The notes under the pieces were generated by a model. That model was given only the letters and a program-made list of their open reading frames with translations. It had not been told where the DNA came from and ran no database searches. Below, piece after piece: positions 9,677 through 18,115 of a stretch of DNA of 64,000 nucleotides. A program made the translations under genes and the position numbers. How positions within the stretch are numbered: the stretch's first letter is position 1; the number at the start of each line of letters is the position of its first letter. The stretch spans positions 1,664,001-1,728,000 of the forward strand of contig CBDIID010000003.1 in the NCBI GenBank assembly GCA_965279515.1, given 5' to 3'. Source of the DNA: Turneriella sp. GTDB taxonomy: Bacteria; Spirochaetota; Leptospiria; Turneriellales; Turneriellaceae.

Positions 9677-10702
9677 ATGAAAATAATAATCCAACGGAAT
9701 CTTTACCGCGTGCTAATCATTCTCTTGTTTCAAACACCGGGACTTTTTGCCATTCAAGAAAGAACACTAACGATCTCTGTTGGAGTTACTGACCTCATCG
9801 AAATTCCTGAAAACCTGAAGTATCTAGCCACCAGTCTGGCAAAAAACCTGTGCGCAGGAATAACCCAAACAGACGGTTATGAGCTAGCCGGTTGCGGATT
9901 GAACGCCAAAACCGAATCCACAGACTATATTATCGGCAACATTATCCGGTCAGAAAATCAACAACTGACATTTGAGGCAATGATCCGGGATAAAAAAGGA
10001 CAAGTGCTCGCCACAATCAAGAGCGAATCCGGTTCGGAGCAATACCACGGACTGATACTTGAATCGCACACGAAAACTATACTCGCTCGATTAGCAGAAC
10101 TACAAATAAGAAATACAACTCCTGCGGCAATAAGTTCCATAAAAACTTTATTATCCCCGGTCCACCGCCATGACGGATTTTATTTTAATGCGGTTGCAGG
10201 AACAGGCTGGGCCAATATTGACCGAATGGCGATGGGCGGCGCCGGCCTATTTGGCATTAAACTCGGCGGTGCGGTATCAGACCATGTCGTACTCTTTGGC
10301 GCCATCGATACCTATTGGATGTTTAGCCCTATCATGAAAACCGTAATAACCCTGGGAGATAAATCGATTGCGCTTTCAGGAAACCTCGACGGATATATAT
10401 TGATGCCAAACTTCAGCGCCGGAGCCGGGTATTATACCGATAGCAATTATTTTCTATTACTTTCCATGGGGATGGCCGCATGGCAAATAAAATCCGATGT
10501 GCCTCAAACGACATTTGGTGGCACAAAAGAATCAAATCCCGGTTCGAGCTTGAGCCTCTCTATCGGCAAGGAATGGTGGATCAGTGACAATTGGGGAATC
10601 GGTGTCGCACTGATAGGCCATGGCGCTATAAATATGAGCAGAGGGGTCTATGGCAGCGGCTACTATTTCGCGGGCATCGCGGTTACGGCAACCTATAACT
10701 AA
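9677..10702 (+). CDS. Outer-membrane beta-barrel protein (paralog 2)
   Basis: Collinear paralog of 8623..9666 (SLAKNLCAGI, SGSEQYHGL, HDGFYFN, IGKEWWIS, VTATYN). Confidence 0.75.
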   Translation: MKIIIQRNLYRVLIILLFQTPGLFAIQERTLTISVGVTDLIEIPENLKYLATSLAKNLCAGITQTDGYELAGCGLNAKTESTDYIIGNIIRSENQQLTFEAMIRDKKGQVLATIKSESGSEQYHGLILESHTKTILARLAELQIRNTTPAAISSIKTLLSPVHRHDGFYFNAVAGTGWANIDRMAMGGAGLFGIKLGGAVSDHVVLFGAIDTYWMFSPIMKTVITLGDKSIALSGNLDGYILMPNFSAGAGYYTDSNYFLLLSMGMAAWQIKSDVPQTTFGGTKESNPGSSLSLSIGKEWWISDNWGIGVALIGHGAINMSRGVYGSGYYFAGIAVTATYN

Positions 10703-10748
10703 TATGGCTTTTTTGCAAGGGTGGTATCGTATCTTCGTCAGACAGATT

Positions 10749-12371
10749 ATGAAAACTAATAATCCTGCGATGGACATGATCGATCGCCTATTTAGCTACG
10801 GACGAATATTTTCTTGCGGCAGTGCCTTTTGCCTGTTTTTACTTTCTTGCTCCGGGGGAATGACAACAACCGAAATCGGCGGCAACACATACCAGAAGCC
10901 AGCGGAACCGATGCAGCCATTACCGCAACCTCCGGTGCTTACCCCCTATATGTTTGGATTAAGTACTGCCATCTCCGGAGACACGATGGTCGTTGGAGCG
11001 CAATACGACAGCAGCGATGAAACGGGCGTAAAAAACGGAACGGCAGGCGAAGCAAACGGCAATTTGGGCGGAAGTGGCGCGGCATACGTCTACAGGAAGA
11101 TTGGTAATGACTGGGTGCAAGAAGCTTACCTCAAAGGCTCTGGCACCAGCATCGGCGACATTTTTGGAACAAGCGTTGCTATTTCAGCAGATACGATCGT
11201 TGTAGGGGCATTCAAGGAAGACAGCAACGAAACCGGCGTTAAAAACGGGACAACAGGCGGCACAAATGACCTCTTAACGGACAGCGGTGCAGCTTATGTT
11301 TTCAGGCGGACGGGGAACCTCTGGACGCAGGAAGCATATCTCAAAGGTTCTGCAACAAGTAGGGGGGATAGGTTCGGCAGAAAAGTCGCCATCTCCGGTG
11401 ATACCATCATCGTTGGCGCTGCTGAGGAAGACAGCAATGAAACGGGTGTAAAAAATGGTGCGACCGGCGGCACAAACGATCTCTTAACGGACAGCGGCGC
11501 AGCTTATGTTTTCCGGCGCACGGGAAACCTCTGGGCGCAGGAAGCATATCTCAAAGCCTCGTCGACAGACTCTGATGACCAATTCGGATACAGCGTGGCC
11601 ATCTCCGGCGACACCATCGTTGTCGGTGCCCGGCTTGAGGAAGATCCCGGTGACGTTACTTTAAATAGCGGAGCAGCATATGTTTTCAGGCGCACTGGTG
11701 CCCTCTGGGCCCAGGAGGCATACCTAAAGAACTCCGGTATCAGTTCTAACGGTAATTTCGGTTCGAGCCTTGCGATTGCAGGTGACACGATTGTGGTTGG
11801 CGCTCTCTATGAAGACAGCAATGAAATGGGTGTGAAGAATGGAATTCAGGGAGGCATTAATCTCATGTCTACGGATAGCGGTGCTGCCTACGTTTTTAAA
11901 CGGACGGGAACATTTTGGGTCCAGGAAGCATACCTAAAAAGTTCAAATCCATTTCCAAGCAGCTATTTTGGTCAAAGTGTCTCTATTTCCGGGGACACAA
12001 TCGTCGTCGGCTCAGATCTTGAAGATAGCGACGAAGAGGGCGTCAAGAACGGAACGGGAGGAGGGCTGAACAATTTGCGGACATGCAGCGGTGCAGCCTA
12101 TGTTTTCAAACGCGCAGGTAATCTCTGGTCGCAGGAAGCTTACTTAAAAGGTTTAGGTACAAGCAACTGGGATAGATTCGGATCTAGTGTCGCAGTATCC
12201 GGTGATTCTATCATGGTGGGAGCTCCCTACGAAGCCAGCGACGAACTGGGTATAAAAAACGGACCATTTGGTGGTCTCAACGATCTCTGGAAAGACAGCG
12301 GCGCCGCCTACGGCTACACACGCACCGGCAACACGTGGGCGTCGACGGCTTTTTTTAAAAGGTCCAATTAA
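10749..12371 (+). CDS. FG-GAP (integrin-alpha-like beta-propeller) repeat lipoprotein
   Basis: Lipobox LLSC and seven ~70-aa repeats FG.SVAISGDTIVVGA..EDS...SGAAYVF.R.G..W.QEAYLK. Exact start uncertain. Confidence 0.88.
   Translation: MKTNNPAMDMIDRLFSYGRIFSCGSAFCLFLLSCSGGMTTTEIGGNTYQKPAEPMQPLPQPPVLTPYMFGLSTAISGDTMVVGAQYDSSDETGVKNGTAGEANGNLGGSGAAYVYRKIGNDWVQEAYLKGSGTSIGDIFGTSVAISADTIVVGAFKEDSNETGVKNGTTGGTNDLLTDSGAAYVFRRTGNLWTQEAYLKGSATSRGDRFGRKVAISGDTIIVGAAEEDSNETGVKNGATGGTNDLLTDSGAAYVFRRTGNLWAQEAYLKASSTDSDDQFGYSVAISGDTIVVGARLEEDPGDVTLNSGAAYVFRRTGALWAQEAYLKNSGISSNGNFGSSLAIAGDTIVVGALYEDSNEMGVKNGIQGGINLMSTDSGAAYVFKRTGTFWVQEAYLKSSNPFPSSYFGQSVSISGDTIVVGSDLEDSDEEGVKNGTGGGLNNLRTCSGAAYVFKRAGNLWSQEAYLKGLGTSNWDRFGSSVAVSGDSIMVGAPYEASDELGIKNGPFGGLNDLWKDSGAAYGYTRTGNTWASTAFFKRSN
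10960..12360 (+). repeat. Intragenic ~210-bp tandem repeats encoding FG-GAP blades
   Basis: The units starting at 11217 and 11427 (gaagacagcaa...gaagcatatctcaaag) are nearly identical at a 210-bp period. Confidence 0.9.
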
Positions 12372-12437
12372 TCCGGGAGCCCTTTTGAAATGACAAATTT
12401 TGGCATCTGGCTGCTCTATTTCTCGTACAGACGTTTA

Positions 12438-12848
12438 ATGAAAGTAAAAATAATATTCTCCGCATTACTGCTGGTGTCAGCGGCTATCTGGAGCGAATCA
12501 ATCGCAGTACCGGAAAATCACAAAGAAATCGTCGCAAAAAAATGGAAGCTAAAGAAAGTTTTGCGCGATTCAACGGACGTGACAAAAATGTTTAAGAAAC
12601 AAACCTTTACGGCTGTCGAATTCGTCGTCGACGGCAAACTGAAGACCAACGAGCCCGGCGTCATGTCGGCCTCCTGGAAATTCGAAAATAACGAATTGAT
12701 TATGGACACTCAGCATAAGAACAAACGCGACCCTAAACACCCCACAAGAGCCACAGTGAACTACACAGACGTCGAAGCGACGGCAAAATCTTTAAAATTT
12801 TCTAAGGATTTTGGTGGGGCCAAAATAACCTGGATCTTTTCAAAATAG
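12438..12848 (+). CDS. Exported lipocalin-like hypothetical protein
   Basis: Signal peptide; IVAKKWKLKKV and SASWKF strands. Confidence 0.6.
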   Translation: MKVKIIFSALLLVSAAIWSESIAVPENHKEIVAKKWKLKKVLRDSTDVTKMFKKQTFTAVEFVVDGKLKTNEPGVMSASWKFENNELIMDTQHKNKRDPKHPTRATVNYTDVEATAKSLKFSKDFGGAKITWIFSK

Positions 12849-13052
12849 GCTCTTCCGGTAATTCATCATCCAAGAGGTTCCTGCGCGCTGGTAATCGCTT
12901 CCCTATAGCAGGTTTCCGGCGCCGGTCATTTTCAGGCTGCTGCTTCTGCTGATAGCCCGTAATCGGGCAATCAGAACGCCGACTGGATTCTTTTTCTTCA
13001 ATCGCAGCCTAATCGTGTTTGCCGCCGCATCGCAAAATCGGCAAAAGTCTCC

Positions 13053-14375
13053 GTGCATCTGCGATTCTCTGTCTTTCTTGCCTTGATAACAACGGCCCAA
13101 TTGCCGGCCTACCGCGTCGTGCTCGACCCCGGCCATGGTGGGCGTGACATCATTCCGCATACTTTATACGGCGACAAATTCGATCGCCGCCTCGGCACCT
13201 ACCTCGATAAATTCCGCGAAGGCGCGCGTTATAAAGGCGTGTGGGAATTCGAGGTCATGTACGACATCGCCGCGAGAGCCAAAGCAATTCTCGATAAGAC
13301 GACAACGGAAGCCGGGCGAGCCGAGTTTCAAAAAATCCTGAAAAAATACGGCAAGCCCGGTAAGATGGAACAGATCGACGCTTTTGTCTCACGCCCGGCG
13401 GGTTATATCGAGAACTATTTCGAAAACCGCGACGACCTCAATGCTCCATTCCGCCTCTATGATTATCCCAACCAAAAGACCGGAGCGATCGAACCCGGCA
13501 CGATCAGCCGCATCAATGCACTCGAGCCCGAACTCGTCATCACATTGCACCTGACGCACACACAGGCACCGAAACAGGGCGGCATGGCAACCGTCATTAC
13601 GCCCGGATACAAAACCTACGAAAACGCACTCCGCTATGTACGCACCGACGGCGACGGGCGCAAGCAAATCCGCGCGCGCTTCGGTGAAAGCGCCTGGGCC
13701 AACTGGTTTGTCTCCGATGACAAATACACGACCTACCCGAGCTTCATGGCCGATGCCTTCATCTACTATATCGGCTTCTGGTCAAAAAACGACGGCCTTC
13801 ATACTGACTACAAACGTTTCCGCGGCTACCGCCACAATCTCGTCGACTGGAGTTATGCCGATTCGGACGCGATCGTCGAATCGCTCTATGGCCAAAAGGG
13901 CGAACGTTATGCCACAACGCTCGCCGCTTTCGAACCGAAAGGCAAGTTCTGGGAAAGAGAAAAAGCCGAACCTGAAAACTGGCGCCGTGAAGCCGGTCCC
14001 GAAGGTTTCGGTGGGGATAACCATTTTGCCGGCACGGAAACCTTACGTTTTATACGGAAGGCCTTCGTCGTCAATGGCTTTGACACGCCTGCAACAGCTC
14101 CGAAAATTCTCAAACCCTATATGTCGACTTGGGCGGTCCCAACGTATGTCAACGCGGTCGCGGCATTTGTTGAAATTGCGCATACGACGTCGAAGCGTGA
14201 TCATCTGCGCATGGCAAAACACCGCCGCATCTATGCCGAGGGCATCGCCGTCGCCGCTTACTCCTTACTTTACGGTATGAACGACGTCGGTATGGCGAAG
14301 GGAAAAAAGTTGCCGCTGGAAAGATATGAAAATCTCGCGGGCGGTAATTACTTCAAACGCGTCAAAAAGATATGA
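13053..14375 (+). CDS. N-acetylmuramoyl-L-alanine amidase (Amidase_3) with large insertions
   Basis: VVLDPGHGG, E..VMYDIA, SRINALEPELVITLH and AAFVEIA motifs. Confidence 0.8.
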   Translation: MHLRFSVFLALITTAQLPAYRVVLDPGHGGRDIIPHTLYGDKFDRRLGTYLDKFREGARYKGVWEFEVMYDIAARAKAILDKTTTEAGRAEFQKILKKYGKPGKMEQIDAFVSRPAGYIENYFENRDDLNAPFRLYDYPNQKTGAIEPGTISRINALEPELVITLHLTHTQAPKQGGMATVITPGYKTYENALRYVRTDGDGRKQIRARFGESAWANWFVSDDKYTTYPSFMADAFIYYIGFWSKNDGLHTDYKRFRGYRHNLVDWSYADSDAIVESLYGQKGERYATTLAAFEPKGKFWEREKAEPENWRREAGPEGFGGDNHFAGTETLRFIRKAFVVNGFDTPATAPKILKPYMSTWAVPTYVNAVAAFVEIAHTTSKRDHLRMAKHRRIYAEGIAVAAYSLLYGMNDVGMAKGKKLPLERYENLAGGNYFKRVKKI

Positions 14376-15424
14376 CGTTTTCTCCCGTGCGCATTCTCGT
14401 CCATGCCCCCAACTGGGTGGGCGATCATGCGATGGCATTCCCTTTCTATGCGGCATTGCGTTCGCTGTTTCCAGCCGCCACGCTGACGCTGATTGGCCGC
14501 ACCTGGGTCTCTGATCTTATACCCAAAGGTTTTGAGGAAGTCATTCAGCTGAAAGGCAAAAATTTACTCAAGGGGGATTTCCAGCGTATTGCAGAACAGC
14601 ATTTCGATCTGGCGTTCACTCTCTCACCCAGCTTCCGCTCTGCCTGGCTGCTGAAAAAACTGGGAATTCCCCTGCGCCATGGTTTTGCGTCCGATATGCG
14701 GGGCCTTCTGCTCACCACTCCGGATAACAAATTCCGCAAGCAGGTATATAACCGGAGTGAACACCGCGCACTGGCCTACTTGCGCCTTTTGGCCCCCTAC
14801 CTGCCGCCAGAGATTTTGCCCGAAGACCAATTCGAAGCATACCGCAACGTCAAGCTTGAGATTCTGCCGCTGGAGCCGCTGAGGAAAAAATTTCGGCTGG
14901 GACAAAAAGTGAGGCGCGTGGCGATTTGCCCCGGAAGCACTGCGGCATCGAAAAAATATCCTGTAGGCCATTTTATCCGTGTGATCGAAACGATCGCAGC
15001 AAAAAAATCCGGAATTGAATTTTTGCTGCTCGGCGCCGAGATCGACCGTGTTGAGTGCGAAGCGATCGCGAGCCATTTCGCCGGGTCGAAAATCAAAGTC
15101 GTTCCGCTCTGCGCTATGACAACGTTGCGGGAAACGCATACCCTGATCGGCTGGGCTGCCGTGGCAATTGCCAATGATTCAGGCCTTGCCCATATCACCT
15201 CACTCACAGGAACGCGGCTGGTAACTTTCAACGGTATGGGTCGCCGCGAAGAGACATCCCCGCTGACGCGATACAAAACACTCTTCGACCTGAGCCTCGA
15301 ATGCTCACCGTGTTTTCAGCGCGAATGCCCGCGCAAAGATGCGCCGCTGGCCTGCCTCACAGGAATAGCCCCCGACGCCGTGGCAGAGGCCGCCCTTAAA
15401 GGTCTTCAAGGTGGCAGCGCGTGA
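14372..15424 (+). CDS. waaF: LPS heptosyltransferase, glycosyltransferase family 9
   Basis: APNWVGDHAM, SFRSA, ICPGS...K.YP, IANDSGLAHI and CSPCFQRECP motifs. Confidence 0.85.
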   Translation: MTFSPVRILVHAPNWVGDHAMAFPFYAALRSLFPAATLTLIGRTWVSDLIPKGFEEVIQLKGKNLLKGDFQRIAEQHFDLAFTLSPSFRSAWLLKKLGIPLRHGFASDMRGLLLTTPDNKFRKQVYNRSEHRALAYLRLLAPYLPPEILPEDQFEAYRNVKLEILPLEPLRKKFRLGQKVRRVAICPGSTAASKKYPVGHFIRVIETIAAKKSGIEFLLLGAEIDRVECEAIASHFAGSKIKVVPLCAMTTLRETHTLIGWAAVAIANDSGLAHITSLTGTRLVTFNGMGRREETSPLTRYKTLFDLSLECSPCFQRECPRKDAPLACLTGIAPDAVAEAALKGLQGGSA

Positions 15425-15798
15425 GATCCTACCTTCTGCTGTTAATCGCGGCAAGCGCCTGCCCCATCGGCGCAGAAAGATTCTGTTTTACGAATACCAC
15501 TGCGAAAACGAAAAGCGTTGTGACATTCGACAGCGAGCGCAACCGCATCACCGACGGGGTTTTCAAAATCACATGGACCGACGGCGGGGAAAACACGGCG
15601 CGCTTCCATGGCACAAAATCAGGTACGGTCTACGCAATCACTTTTAAGGGAAAACCGCCTTACAAAAGACCCAAGGGTGACGACACCATCATCTGGACTC
15701 GGAACGGCAACAATCTCGAAGTGCCTATGTACGGTAAAAATGCGAAGACAGGCAAGTTTGCCGAATACGCTGCGCAACTGGCCCCGTGTAAACGTTAG
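15421..15798 (+). CDS. Hypothetical exported protein
   Basis: Signal peptide; translationally coupled to the GT9 gene. Confidence 0.65.
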   Translation: MRSYLLLLIAASACPIGAERFCFTNTTAKTKSVVTFDSERNRITDGVFKITWTDGGENTARFHGTKSGTVYAITFKGKPPYKRPKGDDTIIWTRNGNNLEVPMYGKNAKTGKFAEYAAQLAPCKR

Positions 15799-15848
15799 CC
15801 CAAAGCGGCGATTACTTTACGCACTCACTCAAAATAAAACTCCCGCGC

Positions 15849-16526
15849 ATGGCAAAACTTGTTTTAATCCGCCACGGCCAGTCACTGTGGAACCTGCATA
15901 ACCTCTTCACCGGCTGGGTAGATGTACCGCTTTCGGCGCAGGGAGTACAGGAGGCGATTGCCGCCGGCAAACGCCTCGCCGATGAGAAGTTTGACTTGAT
16001 CTATACTTCGACGCTGATCCGCGCGATCACGACGGCAATGATCGTGATGTCTGAAAACAAAGAAGGCAAGGTGCCGATTTTGCAGAAGACCGCGGCTGAA
16101 AAACCGTTAGACTGGTTCAAGATCTATTCGCCTGCCACCGAAGCCAACATGATTCCCGTCTACTCGGCCTGGGAGCTCAACGAGCGCATGTATGGCGAGT
16201 TGCAAGGCTTGAATAAAGAAGAAACCGCGAAAAAATTCGGCGACGCCCAGGTGAAAATCTGGCGCCGCAGCTACGATGTGCCGCCACCCAACGGTGAGGC
16301 GCTTAAAAACACCGCTGAGCGTACCATTCCGTGGTTTCAGAAAAATATTGAACCGCAGCTGAAAGCGGGCAAAAATATTCTCGTGGCGGCGCATGGCAAC
16401 AGCCTGCGCGCAATCATCATGTATATCGAGAAGCTCAGCGAAGCGCAGGTGCTCGAACTGGAACTCAAAACCGGGGAACCGGTGATTTTTACGGCAAAGG
16501 GTGACACGATCGCGCGGGGCGGATAA
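15849..16526 (+). CDS. gpmA: 2,3-BPG-dependent phosphoglycerate mutase
   Basis: LVLIRHGQSLWN..NLFTGWVDVPL, LNERMYGELQG and AAHGNSLRA motifs. Confidence 0.97.
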   Translation: MAKLVLIRHGQSLWNLHNLFTGWVDVPLSAQGVQEAIAAGKRLADEKFDLIYTSTLIRAITTAMIVMSENKEGKVPILQKTAAEKPLDWFKIYSPATEANMIPVYSAWELNERMYGELQGLNKEETAKKFGDAQVKIWRRSYDVPPPNGEALKNTAERTIPWFQKNIEPQLKAGKNILVAAHGNSLRAIIMYIEKLSEAQVLELELKTGEPVIFTAKGDTIARGG

Positions 16527-16534
16527 ACAGCCTC

Positions 16535-16753
16535 GTGCCACGCGAACTTGCCCTGTTGGTTTTACAACACCTCTTCGACAGGCAGGGGAGGCGCGTTCCG
16601 CTCGGCGATCTCGAAGTTGCCCTGGGAAAAGACATCCACACACTGCGCCCGGCGATCGAAGATCTCAAGCTGCGCGGATTCATTAACGAAGAAGAATACC
16701 TGATAGAAATTCTCGCGGCGGGCCGCGACTTCGCGCGCAGCCGCTGGGTATGA
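16535..16753 (+). CDS. Small winged-helix-like protein
   Basis: 72 aa with helix-turn-helix-wing pattern (LGDLEVALG...LRPAIEDLKLRGFI); ATGA overlap with ruvC. Confidence 0.65.
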   Translation: MPRELALLVLQHLFDRQGRRVPLGDLEVALGKDIHTLRPAIEDLKLRGFINEEEYLIEILAAGRDFARSRWV

Positions 16754-17241
16754 AATTCCTGGGTATCGACCCCGGCTATGCGCGGCTGGGTTATGGCATC
16801 ATTGAGGTTACCGGCAACCGCGCGGCATTCGTCGATGCCGGGGTTTTCGAGACCAGCCCCAAACACGCCGAAGGGGAAAGGCTGCTGCAACTACAGAAAT
16901 TTCTCCAGAACCTGTTTAAATCCCATTCGCTCACGCACGCAGCGCTCGAGCAGGTTTTTTTGCGCCGCGACCTGACGACGGGTATTAAACTTTCAGAGGC
17001 CCGCGGCGTAATTTTAATGAATCTGTTTCAGGCCGGGGTTTCATATTCTGAAATCTCACCGAGCGCGATGAAAAAGACAATCACGGGCTCGGGGGCAGCG
17101 CAGAAAAAAACCGTGCAGCTGATGACGGCGAAACTCCTCCATTTGCCGGCGCAGATGAAGATTGATGACGCGGCCGACGGCCTGGGCCTCGCATTTTGTG
17201 CATGGTTGAAATGGCAGGCGACACAGAGATCACTTGCCTGA
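16750..17241 (+). CDS. ruvC: Holliday junction resolvase RuvC
   Basis: LGIDPG...GYGII, ALEQVF, MKKTITGSGAAQK and DDAADGL motifs. Confidence 0.95.
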   Translation: MKFLGIDPGYARLGYGIIEVTGNRAAFVDAGVFETSPKHAEGERLLQLQKFLQNLFKSHSLTHAALEQVFLRRDLTTGIKLSEARGVILMNLFQAGVSYSEISPSAMKKTITGSGAAQKKTVQLMTAKLLHLPAQMKIDDAADGLGLAFCAWLKWQATQRSLA

Positions 17242-17803
17242 ACCTAAAGAGAAACTACCTTCCGTCGAATACACAATCGACAACCATAATCGCCTGATCC
17301 ATTTTGGCGGTGATTGGGATCAATTCGCCCAGGAAAATGAAGGCGAAAACTTGTCTGCTGCGAAACTGCACATGCAGCACCTGTTCGACCACATTGGCGA
17401 TCCGAATCTGCATCAGCTTTGGCACGCCATTATTCAGCGGGTGCGCGGAAAAAAAGAAGCTGCGGAATTTAATTACCGGTGCGATTCACCTGGTCTCAGA
17501 CGATTTATGAGAATGCGTGTTTTTCCTGCCGATGACCACATCCACTTCAAATCCACGGTTCTGCGAACAGAAACACGCCCCGAACTGAAGATCCTCGAAA
17601 AAAAACGTCCTCACAGCAAAAAGCTACTGATTGTCTGTAGTTGGTGTAAAAACATCAAGGCACCGGATGAAACCTGGCTGGAACCTGAAGTCGCCGTTAG
17701 CCAGCTGGGCATTCTCGAAGAAGAACCTCTTCCGGAAATCTCTCATGGTATCTGTCCCGAATGTACAGTGCGGGTTACCGAACAGTTAGATGTAATCATA
17801 TGA
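17234..17803 (+). CDS. PAS-like domain protein with C-terminal Cys/His metal-binding motif
   Basis: YTIDNHNRLI...WDQFAQEN, YRCDSP, CSWCKNIK...ISHGICPEC. Confidence 0.7.
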   Translation: MPEPKEKLPSVEYTIDNHNRLIHFGGDWDQFAQENEGENLSAAKLHMQHLFDHIGDPNLHQLWHAIIQRVRGKKEAAEFNYRCDSPGLRRFMRMRVFPADDHIHFKSTVLRTETRPELKILEKKRPHSKKLLIVCSWCKNIKAPDETWLEPEVAVSQLGILEEEPLPEISHGICPECTVRVTEQLDVII

Positions 17804-17897
17804 CCAGAGGCCGGGCATGCCGGCACAGGTCGACGTACTTCAATGATGTGGCTCTGCCACTGCACCTGCAGCGCGGCTTTCACCGCGCTGCGGAAAA

Positions 17898-18008
17898 TCA
17901 CGCAGGAATAAAAGTTTTCTTTTTCTCTTGCTTAGCGACCTTTTTTTCTTTGGCCGTTTTCGTAGGTTTTTTCTTCTGATCTTTTTTAGTGTTTTTATCT
18001 TTTGACAT
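17898..18008 (-). CDS. 36-aa Lys-rich small protein (absent from the ORF track)
   Basis: Hand translation MSKDKNTKKDQKKKPTKTAKEKKVAKQEKKKTFIPA*; GGA lies just upstream of the ATG. Confidence 0.65.
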   Translation of the reverse strand: MSKDKNTKKDQKKKPTKTAKEKKVAKQEKKKTFIPA

Positions 18009-18115
18009 TGTCCGTCATGAACGGCAAACCACGCTCATTGGCAAGGGTATCTGTGATTCTTTTTCCAGCGATACGATTGACATCGCTGCGGGGGCCCACA
18101 CCCCGCCATTACGTT

